Shown: piece by piece, positions 33,044 through 47,472 of the stretch | How the letters are laid out: each line of letters opens with the position of its first letter | Position numbering within the stretch: position 1 is the stretch's first letter | Program-made: the position numbers and the translations under genes | Assembly: GCA_000146045.2 (NCBI GenBank) | Contig: BK006938.2 | Coordinates: forward strand, 384,001-448,000 | Direction: 5' to 3' | Length of the DNA stretch: 64,000 bases | From: TPA_inf: Saccharomyces | Lineage: Eukaryota | The notes under the pieces: generated by a model | Databases searched by the model: none | Told to the model about the DNA's origin: nothing | What the model saw: only the letters and a program-made list of their open reading frames with translations

Positions 33044-33107
33044 GAACTTTCTAGAACCATCACTGTAAACGGCTATTAGTAATAGCGATCACGTGATTAT
33101 CCGTGGA
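33044..33107. promoter_or_regulatory. RPN4 promoter stress-element cluster: HSE GAActTTCtaGAA (33044-33056), YRE TTAGTAA (33076-33082), E-box CACGTG (33090-33095), PDRE TCCGTGGA (33100-33107)
   Basis: Motifs read directly from the sequence. Hsf1, Yap1 and Pdr1/3 control of RPN4 is established. Confidence 0.6.
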
Positions 33108-33662
33108 AAGGTTCGTACGGGCTGAGGCACCTTTCTTTGAGTTCCACGGAACTTGTTATTACAGGAACAGAAAGGTAGTAAAAAAAGAAGTAACGTCCTC
33201 TCAGTGCATATAGTTTGATCTCTATAACAATCCGTAGTTGGTTTTCTCAACAATTAATATTGAATACGTTAGTGATGATTGGTTTTCAACCTCTGCCGCT
33301 AATTTAGGCACAGTTCTATCGCAGCCGTAATGGAGGCATTATATAGCACTTTAGCGTCGTAACGAAGGGTTATGGTAACCGCCTAACGATTTTATTTACT
33401 CGCTTGTTGCTTGCTTTGTAATTGGTTATATGGATTTCAAAATAATATGGTCATCTGACCATGGTGACATAACCAAAGTGTTCGAAAAGATAACTAAATT
33501 GATACATCTAGGAAAACTGAAGGAAATCCCTATTGTTAAGTAAACATACTATATATGCCAAAAGAAACAAATGTGCGGTAGAATAAAATACAATTCAGTA
33601 CAATAAAATACATTCAAAATACATACAAGTACCAGGAAAAAAGCTCGCATAAAAAAGGCGTG

Positions 33663-36600
33663 TTAAAAAATGTCACCACAATCTTTCAAATCATGATCTC
33701 TTCTTTTAACCCAATATTTGCCCGTATATCTCCAATATTTAGCTTTTGTGATGGGATGAGTATCCCTGACGAACCATTGTGGGTGATATTCAAGGTTATT
33801 TTCCTCCCTTTTTCTGCGTGCTGCTCTTTGCTTTTCTTCAACTCTGAATTTCTCATCACCAGCTTCGTCATAACGCCCATCTTCCATTGCTCTTTGATCT
33901 GGTCTCAAACGTGTATCTGTGGGGGGTAACCATGGCAATAGATGTGGTTGTGGAGCATTCAGCGTGATAGCAAAAGGTGTTAAATTGAATGGCTCCTCAG
34001 GACGGTCGTTTGCCTTCCATATTAAAAACTTCGTTCCGTCATCCGTAGGCCCATTCCCTGCTGATGCAGCGGTTCTAGTTTTCTCCAACGAGAGATCGCC
34101 ATCTTTTACTACTTTCTTGGCAAAAATAGCTTCATTCCAGTGTCCTCCTAGGATCCACACCTTCTGTTTTTTCTTGTTGTAGACTTCGCCTGTGATTTCA
34201 TATGCTCCTGATGACCTCCATCCCCTTGCTTTGAAATACAACTTGCAATGATCACCGGTTGTGTGATTGACAACGTTCACTTCACCGTGGTTATCAACTT
34301 GTGGATTACCAATGAGAATACCTATAACAGTATTGTTGGGCTTCTTCCAAGTATACAGTTCCTCTTTTTCATTGTCATTTGGACGCAACTTAATGTGCCA
34401 TAATCCTAAGTGCTTAACATTGAAAGATCTGCCATTGAATTTAGTATCAACAAATGATTCACCCCAAAAGTCCCATCTTGGTGATTCAGTCCATGTTGCA
34501 GATATAGGAGGGTGATGTGAAACCTGCTCGGTGAAAAATCTGTACTGTTTATCTGGTCGAGAATACTCAAATGTTTCACCCAACAATGGGTTGAAGGGTT
34601 TCGCAACTCTTTTTGTAGTAGATGCGTATGAAGATGCGGTAAATGCCGCAACATATAGAGTTCTCAGTGTTGAATCTTCAAACGTTGCAGCCTGGTCTAA
34701 TAGTTCGGAATACTCCAAATCCTCTGCCACTCTTTGTAAAAGAGATGTAGGCTCATTGAAAGTAACTGGTAACGTCATTCTTGTCATATCTTTGCCCACC
34801 ATCGATTTCAGAACGGCCCAAAGACTAATCTTTGGTCTATCGTCCTTATCCATAGATAGTCTTTTTCTAATACCATCTTCATAACCAAGATAGGACCCTT
34901 CTTTGAGTAAATATTCTTCTTTTCTTTTTTGCACTGTAGTGACAGCAACTATGGTCTTTTCACCGATAACTGAAGATGCTATCTCTTTAGTTTTCTCCTT
35001 TACTTGGCTCTCTTTGTCCTCCGCTTTGAAGTTTTTCAGTGATTGATCAGTTTTTGGTTCATCTTCTGTAACTAGATTATTTTGTTTTTCAAATTTTTGG
35101 CTTGTTTTCTCAACATTTGACTCTATTTTGCTTTTTTCGTCCTGGACATACTGGCTGTCGTTATCTGTTTCATTTGGAACTGGGGGAGGAGCATGCTTGG
35201 GAGCTGCAGCGGTCGAAATTTCAGGATGAGCCTCTGTTAATTCAGTTACTTCATCCACCAATTCCGCGGCATCATAAAACTCATCAGCATCAGATGCTTC
35301 ATCTTCTTCCTTTGTAGCGCTGATAAATTTCGCAATTTGACCGAGAGTACTTGCCGTAGTATCTGATTCCTGTTCTTTGTCATTTTCTAAGGATTCCTTG
35401 TTGCCGGCAGTGGCATGTGATTCCAGCAATTTCTTGTGTAGTATCTTTTTCAAACCTCTTCTTTCTTTATCAATAGATGCTAGACGTTCGGTTTTGTTGG
35501 ACAACTCCATTTCTAATTCTTTCACAGATTGCACCCAAACGTTATTGACATCACCTTGCTTTGAAACCATATCCACTAATCTTTTGTCTCTTTTATAAGT
35601 CAAGTCCTTCAACTTACCAAAAATGGTTGATGTGTTGATGAGGCTCTTCTTTATTGTGAGCCAAACCTCAGGACTTGGCTCCTCTTGTTCAATTAGTTCA
35701 ATCAAAGAACTCAACTCTATACTGATTGCTTGTTCATACATATCAAGTTTCTCCTTATATGGCCCATACTGTGCTTTGATGTATTCTTCATCACGATCAA
35801 AATTTATTCCAAGGTCTTCCTCTTCATCATCTGAATTTGCCTCATCACCCTCGAAATTATCAATATAGTTATTATCACTCAAGGAAGCAGTAGATCCTGT
35901 TGTGGTGTTAGACTGGCTCAAATTCGCACCGTTAGGGACTTTATCTATAGGACTAGCTACACCTGAGCCACTTTGCATACTCCGGTTACTTTTCAAGGTA
36001 TTACTACTGCGGACCCTTTGCAGAGCTGAACCTGTGTGTACTCCAACGGGGGTTTTGCTACCATCCAGCCGGTTTTCAATCATTTTACTAACAAAGCGCT
36101 TGCCAGATTCAGTCAAATTATCGTTTAGTTGGATTTCGCTGGATACGACGGACAGGTTGTTGCTTGGTCTCCGATAAAGACTCACAGAGGAGGGCTGAAT
36201 AACTTCCTTGTGTAATGTGTGCTGATAGTATTGCGAAGCTTCAGGAAGAGATCCTTGTGTTTTGGAATGCGATATCAGGGCTGGAGATTTGTTCTTCAAG
36301 GCCAATGATGGTGGTACTGCCTTTTTTTTGTTTAATATCTCCTTGTCTTTGGCGAATCTAATAGCGCTTTGTATAGCATTGACCCACCTAGTCGTTTCAA
36401 TGGGATGATTGCCCTTTAAGCGCCACCTTGTTGTGCCTGTGATGCCACCTAGCAACTCGAAATTCAGTTTTTCTGAAGAATCGATGTGTAAGCGGCACGT
36501 CGAAACTTTTAAAGTACCACGAGGCCTATCAACATGCGATTGGTCTTTGTAATATGACAGATTTCCGTCGCCACTTAAAATGAACCAACGTAATTTGTAG

Positions 36601-37514
36601 CCATGGGCAAAATTTGTCCATTTCTTTAAAAACCCCTTATACGTAGGAGGCTTACTTGATGCGACATCTTCGTGAACAATAGCTTGTTCTCTCAGATTCT
36701 TTTCAAGTAGATTCTTTAACTTAATTTCCGGTGTAACGTTGTTCGACGGTTTAGCGGGTAGTTTTATATTTTTGACTAAATCCAATGGCGACCGTCCCTT
36801 CCCATCTTTAACTGTTGCTTCTGCACCATGTTTCAGCAGCCATTGACACATTTCAATGTCTTTTTTTTGCGAATATTCATACAGAAGTGTCGTTCCGGTT
36901 TCAGGATCTATGCCATTAATATCTAGTAAATTTAGGTTTCTTGGATTTTTCCAAATAGAGTCCAATTTCGAAAAGTCTCTTTTATTCATGGCTGCTCTCA
37001 AAGAATGAACTGTTTCCAAAAAATAGTCATCTCTTTTCAATTGAATCATTTGTGCTACATTCAAATCTTTGCACATGTCCAAAGGCTGCTGATGAGCTTT
37101 ATTCTTGACACAATCATTGATAGACTTCTGGCTAAGAAGGAAACTGATCACATCCGACCGAGATTGAGCAGCAGCCAAGTGCAATGGAGTATTGCCATTT
37201 TCATCCTGATAATTCAAATCTAGATGGATACCATCATCGCTTTTACTCGAACTCTTCTCATCACCTACTTGGTCCACCCAATGAGCAACAATTTCCTTGA
37301 TAAGAAGAATAGGGGCCACCTGGACAGCATAATGTAAAATTAAATTAAGAACTTGCTGTACAGATGGGTCGTCTTTAGGTTGAAATTCATTGTCCACAAG
37401 CGCCTTTAAATGTTTGAAATCCCCCTGACCCAAAACTTCCAGCAGCTTCACTTTGAGTAAAGGTTTGCTCACTTGGTTGAGATCTTCAGCAATGGACAAG
37501 TCTTCCCTAGACAT
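33663..37514 (-). CDS. OSH2: Oxysterol-binding protein homolog Osh2 (YDL019C)
   Basis: 1283 aa. Ankyrin repeats, PH domain, FFAT motif (DEFYDAAE) and the OSBP signature EQVSHHPP. Confidence 0.9.
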   Translation of the reverse strand: MSREDLSIAEDLNQVSKPLLKVKLLEVLGQGDFKHLKALVDNEFQPKDDPSVQQVLNLILHYAVQVAPILLIKEIVAHWVDQVGDEKSSSKSDDGIHLDLNYQDENGNTPLHLAAAQSRSDVISFLLSQKSINDCVKNKAHQQPLDMCKDLNVAQMIQLKRDDYFLETVHSLRAAMNKRDFSKLDSIWKNPRNLNLLDINGIDPETGTTLLYEYSQKKDIEMCQWLLKHGAEATVKDGKGRSPLDLVKNIKLPAKPSNNVTPEIKLKNLLEKNLREQAIVHEDVASSKPPTYKGFLKKWTNFAHGYKLRWFILSGDGNLSYYKDQSHVDRPRGTLKVSTCRLHIDSSEKLNFELLGGITGTTRWRLKGNHPIETTRWVNAIQSAIRFAKDKEILNKKKAVPPSLALKNKSPALISHSKTQGSLPEASQYYQHTLHKEVIQPSSVSLYRRPSNNLSVVSSEIQLNDNLTESGKRFVSKMIENRLDGSKTPVGVHTGSALQRVRSSNTLKSNRSMQSGSGVASPIDKVPNGANLSQSNTTTGSTASLSDNNYIDNFEGDEANSDDEEEDLGINFDRDEEYIKAQYGPYKEKLDMYEQAISIELSSLIELIEQEEPSPEVWLTIKKSLINTSTIFGKLKDLTYKRDKRLVDMVSKQGDVNNVWVQSVKELEMELSNKTERLASIDKERRGLKKILHKKLLESHATAGNKESLENDKEQESDTTASTLGQIAKFISATKEEDEASDADEFYDAAELVDEVTELTEAHPEISTAAAPKHAPPPVPNETDNDSQYVQDEKSKIESNVEKTSQKFEKQNNLVTEDEPKTDQSLKNFKAEDKESQVKEKTKEIASSVIGEKTIVAVTTVQKRKEEYLLKEGSYLGYEDGIRKRLSMDKDDRPKISLWAVLKSMVGKDMTRMTLPVTFNEPTSLLQRVAEDLEYSELLDQAATFEDSTLRTLYVAAFTASSYASTTKRVAKPFNPLLGETFEYSRPDKQYRFFTEQVSHHPPISATWTESPRWDFWGESFVDTKFNGRSFNVKHLGLWHIKLRPNDNEKEELYTWKKPNNTVIGILIGNPQVDNHGEVNVVNHTTGDHCKLYFKARGWRSSGAYEITGEVYNKKKQKVWILGGHWNEAIFAKKVVKDGDLSLEKTRTAASAGNGPTDDGTKFLIWKANDRPEEPFNLTPFAITLNAPQPHLLPWLPPTDTRLRPDQRAMEDGRYDEAGDEKFRVEEKQRAARRKREENNLEYHPQWFVRDTHPITKAKYWRYTGKYWVKRRDHDLKDCGDIF

Positions 37515-38832
37515 ATTGTGAAGTTTTCAGTTGGCGAGCTTAAGCTTATGATTATCGATGAAATATGCTAGGTTAAATTTAAAAATTTTCCTTGGGACGA
37601 TTGGTTGATATTCACCTTTGTAATATTAAGCAACTTTGGTAAATAGATTATATACGTTGAAAAAAGAGACCAGAATATCTTGCACTTAAAACCAAAAAAG
37701 AAGCCAAAACTACAAAAAATTCGTGTCGCCTTTCCTTTTCCCTGTTGTTTTGCCTCTTCTCCCTTTGCGAAGCGATTCATTTTAAAAGTTAGAGTAATAC
37801 GATTTCCACGTCGTTCCTCCTTCTCGCGCCAAAGGGGGTAGGGAAGAGAAGGGAGGAGCCCTTGTTATAACGGTTCCGCAGGAGCGAAAAAGACCCTGAG
37901 GCTTTGCCAAGGATAGAAAGAATACCCCAGAGAAAAGGTGAGCAGCAAGTAAGACTCGTTTCGTAGTTAAAAAAAACTGTCAACATTTCGAGCTTGATAT
38001 TAATATTACAAATCATTATTCGTTTGCCAAGAGGAACACATCATTTGTATTTCTTCTTTTGTTGCATTGCAATTGGGCATACTATCTATAGGTCTTGCAA
38101 TGTAATTAAAAACAAGTGCAGAGCTGCTGATATTGCTAATCGGAAAGAGCAAAGAAAGCAGGCTCAAGTCTGAATAAAGCCATGGGATGAGTTATTTCTA
38201 GAGATTCTTGGCATGCGGTTTAAGTCTTTATGTAGCACGTTAGTGAAGCATAATGACGATTTTCTTTTGTTATTTCTGGCTTAACAGTTTTACATTTAGA
38301 TATCTTATAACTATTAAGGCTTTGGGATAGCATGTTCAATCTTGCCTGTAATGCGGATTGACTCTTTGTAAACAATTTTACAAGATACATTAATAGATGA
38401 ATCGGCAATTTTTCTTTTTCAAAGTTGTGTTATATCCTTGTATTTTCTGGCACACTTGCTTATCACTTCTTTCACTAAAAATATAGTTTAACACTCCAAG
38501 AGGAATACCATCCCCAAGCGAGTTGATTGACTGCAAGTGTAATTAAATAGGTGGAAATTGCATGGTGCATATGCCAATGGCTAAGAAAAAATTACTCTTA
38601 CAAAGATTATTTTGTCAATTTCTCGAAGAAAACAATGCTACATTTTGAAATAGGATTTTTTAAATCGTGACATGTGCTTTAATAGAAACGTCACTTCAGC
38701 TCTGTCATTACATAAGATTTAACATGAGCAAAAGGGCTATTTTGGATACGGTATGTCATTCCTTTCCCCTATTAAATATGAAGAACATATATTCTCAAGT
38801 TGATAGAAAATGCAGGAACAATACACAACTAT

Positions 38833-39510
38833 TTACACATTATGCTTTCTCGATTCTCTGAAAATGAACTCCAGTATGGCAATTTGAGCGCAGCTCATTC
38901 CGATGATTAATAATATGCCGTAAATAGAAAACATTACAATTCTATGCTCTGTTGAACAAACGGTGTGATGATTTCTGGTGTTTCTGCTTTTATAGTACTG
39001 TATATTACGTTCCAAAACGTGGAGCTGCCTTTCTATGGTGTCTATAGAATTTTCCACACTGTCTTGCAAGGGATCGGTTTTAGAGTCTCTCAGGTTTCTC
39101 TGCGCCTTTCTCGCCTTGCGTCTTTCATTTCGAATATCATCTTGGCGTTCACAATTGTACTTGAAGTCCAGATCAACAATCTTGTCGTGTGCTTTACCAC
39201 CATAAAAGCAGATAGCATATTCTCCCTTATGTTGGCCTATAAATGACCATTCACCTTGACGTTCACCAGATCTCTCGATTATTGGCTTGTTTTTGTCATC
39301 AGGAGCAAATATTTCGTAGTTAACATCAAAGTCATTGCTCTCTCCTTGCTGTACTGCAAAATAATATGAGATTGTACAGTCAATTTCCGGAGTTAGCGTA
39401 TATAAGCACTCCTTTCGACCTTTATTCAGTTCAAATGTCAACGGTGATGCCTCAGCAAAAAATTGTGCTAAAAAAAAAAACTGGAAGAAAAGTACACATA
39501 AATTGGACAT
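38833..39510 (-). CDS. ERP3: p24-family cargo receptor Erp3 (YDL018C)
   Basis: 225 aa. Signal peptide, GOLD-like luminal domain, coiled coil, C-terminal TM and a short cytosolic tail. Confidence 0.85.
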   Translation of the reverse strand: MSNLCVLFFQFFFLAQFFAEASPLTFELNKGRKECLYTLTPEIDCTISYYFAVQQGESNDFDVNYEIFAPDDKNKPIIERSGERQGEWSFIGQHKGEYAICFYGGKAHDKIVDLDFKYNCERQDDIRNERRKARKAQRNLRDSKTDPLQDSVENSIDTIERQLHVLERNIQYYKSRNTRNHHTVCSTEHRIVMFSIYGILLIIGMSCAQIAILEFIFRESRKHNV

Positions 39511-40148
39511 GACGGAGTTTTTTAGTCAGTTCACAGTGTCCCTTCAAGTACGGTAACTATCAAGAGCCTTACCAGTTTCTGTCAAGATATTGTCCCCCCA
39601 AATTCTTTCATTGAGGAGAGGATTATGAAGAACGCGTTCTGTTTTAAAGAGAGAAAAATTCAGGTCAGGACGCGTTGGTCTCACCTTTGTTGACATAATG
39701 ACCATGACAGTGTAGGAAGTCTAAGTAGTATGTGGAAACCTACGCGATCATACTGATACGTTCGTAAACTTTATCAACGAACGACGCTTTTTTTTTAAAC
39801 CTCTATATAAGCATGTTTTTAGCTTGGGAAATTAAGGTGTAGCCCTGGTTTTGAAGATAATTAAGAATCTAATGGGGCAATGCTTGTGTAGATGACATTT
39901 TATAGAGTAAAATTACTTCCCGTTTAGCTCGATAAACGCCTTAGGCCTACATAAATCTTAAACATTTGTCCCCGGTCAGCTTTTAAATTATGTCTTCTTT
40001 GCCCTGGGGCGTCTTCTTGAACGGCATCAATTTAGTGAGTAGAAGAGCACTTCACATTTCCGCCTAAAATCAATGCAAGAACCATTAACAAAAAAAACCG
40101 CTCAGCAGGCGTAACGGGAAGTAACAGACTACCTTAAATTTTCAATAA

Positions 40149-41732
<1,584 letters not shown>

Positions 41733-42001
41733 CAAAGTGATAAATTACTGCTAGTCTGAAATAATTTCCTTTTCTTTGGAAAGAGAATTTTAAAAGTACT
41801 TACATATTTGCATAGTGAAAGATTTAAATAAAAATTTCTTAAAGTGAAACGGTTTAGCATAATTGGTGGCATGCGCTTAAGATAGTGCCAAATACCAAAA
41901 GGCACAGGTGCAGACGATACTTAAACAATAGTGCTACTACGCCACTTCGTGAAAGCTAATATCTCTTTACCTTGCATTTGGGCATGTTGCAAACAGGAGG
42001 A

Positions 42002-42934
42002 TCAAAATACAAATGGAATCAAGAATGCTCTTCTGGTATGATACTTTTTGTTTTTCTTTTGAGCCCATGCGTACATTTGAGCTGTTGAAACAGTCAAAAA
42101 TAAAACGGCAAATAAATTGAACTTGAACACAAAAGTAAACCAAATCCAAGACCAAACTTCAAAAGTATAGTTGGGAGCAACAAAAAGATTGAAAATACCT
42201 TGATTCAATGGGACACGGATCTTAGCGTTACCATGCTTCTTTTGATAGTCACCCCATAGGCGCAATTTAATGTGGCAATAAAAGTTCCATAGTTCTGAAA
42301 GCACGAAAAGACCAATTAATGTACTCAAGTCATCCAATTTCAAATATGAATAGTATTTGAATAACTTAGCATTCCCAAAGGGGAAGCCGTAGCCAAAGTA
42401 ACCGAATGAAATGAGACCGCTTAGAACCCAGTAATGGAAACAATTTTTGAACAGGTTGAAAATTGGCATAGTAGCTAAAGAGAATTGGTGAACAAATAAG
42501 GTTTCAAATAATCTCTTTCCATAATGTCCTAAAATTAAAAAATATGCAACCCTGTTTAAAAATGGATTATAGTCGGAGCTAGCACTGTGCCATCTATCAA
42601 CAACTGTGGGAATGGTAGATAGATAATAAAAAAGGGAGTGAACCAAGACTGGACCCAAATACTCACAAAAGAAGACTAATCTCCATGAAATTTGGGGACC
42701 CAAATCTTTGATGAAGAATTCCATTGAGTCATCAGCCTCTTCTTGAAAAAACGATTCTGAAATAACCGGAACTTGTTTAGATTCCTTTTTGTAGGTTAAT
42801 CTTATCCTGTACTTGCTGATATTGTGGTTATTAGCAGAGATTTTTTTCAAAACATCATCTAAAGTAGGCTTTTTGGATAAGTCAATTTCAGTGTCCCTTA
42901 ACCCTTTAGAGCGGCTTTTTATGGTGATAGGCAT
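42002..42934 (-). CDS. TSC13: Very-long-chain enoyl-CoA reductase Tsc13 (YDL015C)
   Basis: 310 aa from the ATG at 42934 (MPITIKSRSKG...). Multi-pass membrane protein, 3-oxo-5-alpha-steroid 4-dehydrogenase-like C-terminus. Confidence 0.85.
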   Translation of the reverse strand: MPITIKSRSKGLRDTEIDLSKKPTLDDVLKKISANNHNISKYRIRLTYKKESKQVPVISESFFQEEADDSMEFFIKDLGPQISWRLVFFCEYLGPVLVHSLFYYLSTIPTVVDRWHSASSDYNPFLNRVAYFLILGHYGKRLFETLFVHQFSLATMPIFNLFKNCFHYWVLSGLISFGYFGYGFPFGNAKLFKYYSYLKLDDLSTLIGLFVLSELWNFYCHIKLRLWGDYQKKHGNAKIRVPLNQGIFNLFVAPNYTFEVWSWIWFTFVFKFNLFAVLFLTVSTAQMYAWAQKKNKKYHTRRAFLIPFVF

Positions 42935-43137
42935 TTTCAAATTAAATTCAAAATATGTATCTCTCTCAAATAGCTCAATTGGTTTCTAGATAGCTAAATA
43001 GAATATAATCTTACTGTCCTCCGTTCTGTAAAATTCACGCTCTTAGTCCCTTTTCATAATTCCTTAACTTTTTGCGTACAAAATGATATGTTTATTATAT
43101 TTTTCTTTTTTTTTTTTCAAATTTTTTCTTTTTCTTG

Positions 43138-43167
43138 AAAAATTTTTCAAATTGGAAAGCTCATCTC
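43138..43167. promoter_or_regulatory. RRPE (AAAAATTTTT, 43138-43147) and PAC-like AGCTCATCTC (43158-43167, 1 mismatch to the reverse-complement PAC) in the TSC13-NOP1 divergent promoter, flanked by T tracts
   Basis: Motif match. NOP1 is a ribosome-biogenesis regulon gene. Confidence 0.45.
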
Positions 43168-43342
43168 TCTTGAATGTATAATACTTTCTTCCTCTAACTT
43201 TCAAAAAGTTTTACATAGCCAAGAAGTTTTCCTTACATCGGTATACTACTGTTATATAAGTTATTCTTCGAGAAACAATTAGATATCATTCATCGGATAA
43301 ATCTAAGTTGCCCATTGCTTTCAATAACTCCGATCAAATTAA

Positions 43343-44347
<1,005 letters not shown>

Positions 44348-45066
44348 GTTGAATAAAGGAAATTAGTCAAAAGTTTCTGGTAGCTTGCTCAATTATTAGC
44401 AGAATAATTGTTTCGTTTATATATATTTCCCCCATTCAGTTTCACTTCCTATTTGAAGTTTTTGTAACCCTCGACTTTGTAAAATAGATATTACTAAATT
44501 CTTTTAGAGAACAAAAGTATTGTACGTATTCGCCATATAAAAAAAAAAGAGTATATGTGGTGACTTTTTGGTCATTAATTGTTAAGAGCAAGCAAGTAGA
44601 AATCATAATCATATTTCGAGTTTTTTAAAGGTAGGAACAATATCGATAAGCTGTTCTCCAGTCTCGACACTGTTTGATGACCATATATCATTAATTCTTG
44701 TAACACTACATCATAGATTTCTCTTTATCCTTGGATTGAATCTGAAAAAATTTTGATAGAGTCTTTTGTTCAAAGTGTCACTTCTTCATCTGTCACTCTT
44801 ACGTATTTTTTTTTTTTTGGCTTTGCCCATAAGAAACATCACTGTATACGCAAGGTCGCAATATTTACTATTTAACATGGATGAGAGGCAGTGTGCGACC
44901 AAAACGAAGACTTAATCATTAAGAAGAGCGTGTGTTGCGTTGATTGGTAATAACCAAGTCGAAATTTGCACTAGGAGCTTCAGTCTAGGAGTGAACTTTT
45001 GAAAAGATTTCAGTCCAAAAATTATTATTTGGAACGCGGAGCTCCTCTAATAGTCGAAATAATAGA

Positions 45067-46926
45067 ATGCATAGCGATACTAACGGTCGAACAAAGAGCA
45101 ATAATAGCCCATCAGACAATAATCCAAATGAGACAGTTATATTAATAGATAGTGATAAGGAAGAAGACGCTTCTATTCGCGAGGCTAACCTTCCTGTGAG
45201 GTTGTACCCAGACAGACGGGTAGGGAGACGACGTGATGCTTTAAATAGGTTTGTGAGGTCAGATTCAAGGAGCAGGAATTCTCAACGGACTCACATAACA
45301 GCAAGCTCTGAGCGCCCTGATTTTCAAGCTAATAACGACGATATCACTATAATACGAGAAGTTGGACGGTTTTTTGGAGACGATGGACCTATTGATCCTT
45401 CTGCACATTACGTCGATCTTGATCAGGAGCCAGGTTCTGAAACGTTAGAAACTCCAAGAACAATACAAGTAGATAACACAAACGGGTACTTGAATGATAA
45501 TGGTAATAACAATGAAAGTGATGATGGCCTGACAATAGTTGAAGAGAGAACAACACGACCCAGAGTGACACTGAACCTGCCAGGCGGGGAGAGGCTTGAG
45601 GTAACTGCGACGACAACAGACATACCGATAAGAAGGTCATTTGAATTCCAAGAAGATCTAGGCGCATCACGCAGGCAGTTACTGAGAAGGAGTGCTACAA
45701 GAGCCCGTAATTTATTTGTGGACCGGTCTGATGAAAACGATGAAGATTGGACAGATGATACCCATAATTTACCAGAAGCTATTCAAAGGGCTCGTAGGGA
45801 GAGCCGTATGCGAATGAGCAGACGGATTGCAGAAAGACAACGTAGGGTACAACAGCAAAGGGTGTCCAGTGACGAAAATATAAGTACATCTATTAGGTTA
45901 CAATCAATCAGGGAACGAATACAATCATATACGCCTGATATTCGTAGTGCTTTTCATCGTGCAGAGTCACTGCATGAATTCAGGTCTATTTTACAAAATG
46001 TTGCTCCAATTACTTTGCAAGAATGTGAAGAAGAACTAATGGCACTCTTCACTGAGTTCAGAAATCAACTGCTGCAGAATTGGGCCATTGATAGGGTCAG
46101 AAATACTCAGGAAGAGGCCTTGAGACTTCACCGAGAAGCATTGGAAAGACAAGAAAGAACGGCAGGAAGAGTTTTCCATCGTGGCACATTACGTGAATCA
46201 ATCACAAACTATCTTAATTTCAATGGAGAGGATGGGTTCTTAAGTCGTTTGTGGAGTGGCCCAGCATTGAGCGATGCTGACGAGGAACGACACACTCAAA
46301 ATATCATTGATATGATCCAAGAGAGAGAAGAACGAGAGCGGGATGTGGTCATGAAGAATCTAATGAACAAAACCAGAGCCCAACAGGAAGAATTCGAAGC
46401 TAGGGCAGCCAGCCTACCCGAAGGTTATAGCGCGTCATTTGATACTACGCCAAAAATGAAATTAGACATTACGAAAAATGGTAAAGAAGAAACCATCATT
46501 GTGACAGATGACGATTTAGCAAAAACACTCGAGGATATTCCTGTTTGTTGCTTGTGTGGCGCAGAATTGGGGGTCGGAATACCGGATGATTTTACTGGAA
46601 TCAGTCAAAAGGATCGTGGTGTTTCATTTGAAGGGTTAGTGTCAAAATACAAATTCCACTGCCCCTACCAAACCCTAGCCAGACCATCAATGCTTGATAG
46701 AGATTTATCAAAACGAACGTTTATTGCATCGTGTGGTCATGCATTTTGTGGTAGGTGTTTCGCCAGGATTGACAATGCAAAAAAAAAATCTAAGATGCCC
46801 AAAAAGAAACTAGCTCAACTAAAGGGTTCGGCTCATCCGGATAATTATGGCCCCAAATTATGTCCCGCAGATTCTTGTAAGAAGCTTATTCGTTCAAGAG
46901 GCAGGTTGAAGGAGGTTTACTTCTAG
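45067..46926 (+). CDS. SLX5: SUMO-targeted ubiquitin ligase subunit Slx5 (YDL013W)
   Basis: 619 aa. SIM-like motifs (VILIDSD, ITIIREV) and a C-terminal RING (CCLCGAE...CGHAFCGRCF). Confidence 0.85.
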   Translation: MHSDTNGRTKSNNSPSDNNPNETVILIDSDKEEDASIREANLPVRLYPDRRVGRRRDALNRFVRSDSRSRNSQRTHITASSERPDFQANNDDITIIREVGRFFGDDGPIDPSAHYVDLDQEPGSETLETPRTIQVDNTNGYLNDNGNNNESDDGLTIVEERTTRPRVTLNLPGGERLEVTATTTDIPIRRSFEFQEDLGASRRQLLRRSATRARNLFVDRSDENDEDWTDDTHNLPEAIQRARRESRMRMSRRIAERQRRVQQQRVSSDENISTSIRLQSIRERIQSYTPDIRSAFHRAESLHEFRSILQNVAPITLQECEEELMALFTEFRNQLLQNWAIDRVRNTQEEALRLHREALERQERTAGRVFHRGTLRESITNYLNFNGEDGFLSRLWSGPALSDADEERHTQNIIDMIQEREERERDVVMKNLMNKTRAQQEEFEARAASLPEGYSASFDTTPKMKLDITKNGKEETIIVTDDDLAKTLEDIPVCCLCGAELGVGIPDDFTGISQKDRGVSFEGLVSKYKFHCPYQTLARPSMLDRDLSKRTFIASCGHAFCGRCFARIDNAKKKSKMPKKKLAQLKGSAHPDNYGPKLCPADSCKKLIRSRGRLKEVYF

Positions 46927-47107
46927 CACGCGGTTTAATTTTTATAAGGGCATTTTCGAACTTATCATCATTATATATTATCTACTTGCATGAACACTTT
47001 AATCACGCTTATTTAATTAAGATTAAAAGATCAGAGGTGCAATTGTGCTTTGTTTTATATAGTGGATTTGTGTGAAAGGGTTTGCTCCCACAAGATATGG
47101 AGATACT

Positions 47108-47386
47108 CTAAAACAGCATATCCAAAGTACAGCATAAACATAAACCCGCTAGACAGCCCGCTAGACAGTCTTCATTTCCAGAACTGGCCGGTTGTTGTTG
47201 GACATAAATGGGCTGCTGTGGGTGTTGTTGGTAATATTGGGGCTGCTGTTGCTGATAGTATTGAGGTTGTTGCTGATACTGCTGCTGCTGCTGTTGAGGT
47301 GGATAATAGTTCTGTTGGCTTTGCGATGGAGCGTAACCTCTAGACGCCGTTTCATATCCTGGTGGTGGAGCGCTAGGACGAGAATA
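47108..47386 (-). CDS. YDL012C exon 2. Gln/Tyr/Pro-rich tail-anchored protein with a Cys-rich C-terminus
   Basis: Reads [44 protein letters not shown]...[19 protein letters not shown]. In frame with exon 1 after splicing. Confidence 0.8.
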   Translation of the reverse strand, partial: YSRPSAPPPGYETASRGYAPSQSQQNYYPPQQQQQQYQQQPQYYQQQQPQYYQQHPQQPIYVQQQPASSGNEDCLAGCLAGLCLCCTLDMLF

Positions 47387-47472
47387 CTGAATCGAAAGTG
47401 ATGTAATGAAAATACAAGGGCTCGTTAGTACGATGTGATCTTCTAAAGGCAAAACTTGTAAAATTAACGTAC
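47387..47472 (-). other. YDL012C intron (86 nt). 5' splice site GTACGT, branch point TACTAAC (plus-strand gttagta at 47424-47430), 3' splice site CAG at 47389..47387
   Basis: Canonical signals. The spliced product is [15 protein letters not shown]|[11 protein letters not shown].., 107 aa. Confidence 0.8.

Noticed and set aside
33121-33160. GTTCCACGGAAC inverted repeat in the RPN4 promoter as a second HSE
   Set aside because: TTC-N4-GAA spacing does not fit the nTTCnnGAAn HSE rule. Kept only the canonical HSE at 33044-33056.
47050-47401. Plus-strand ORFs antisense to YDL012C (for example 47192..47401, leucine-rich)
   Set aside because: Mirror image of the CAG/CAA-rich YDL012C coding sequence.
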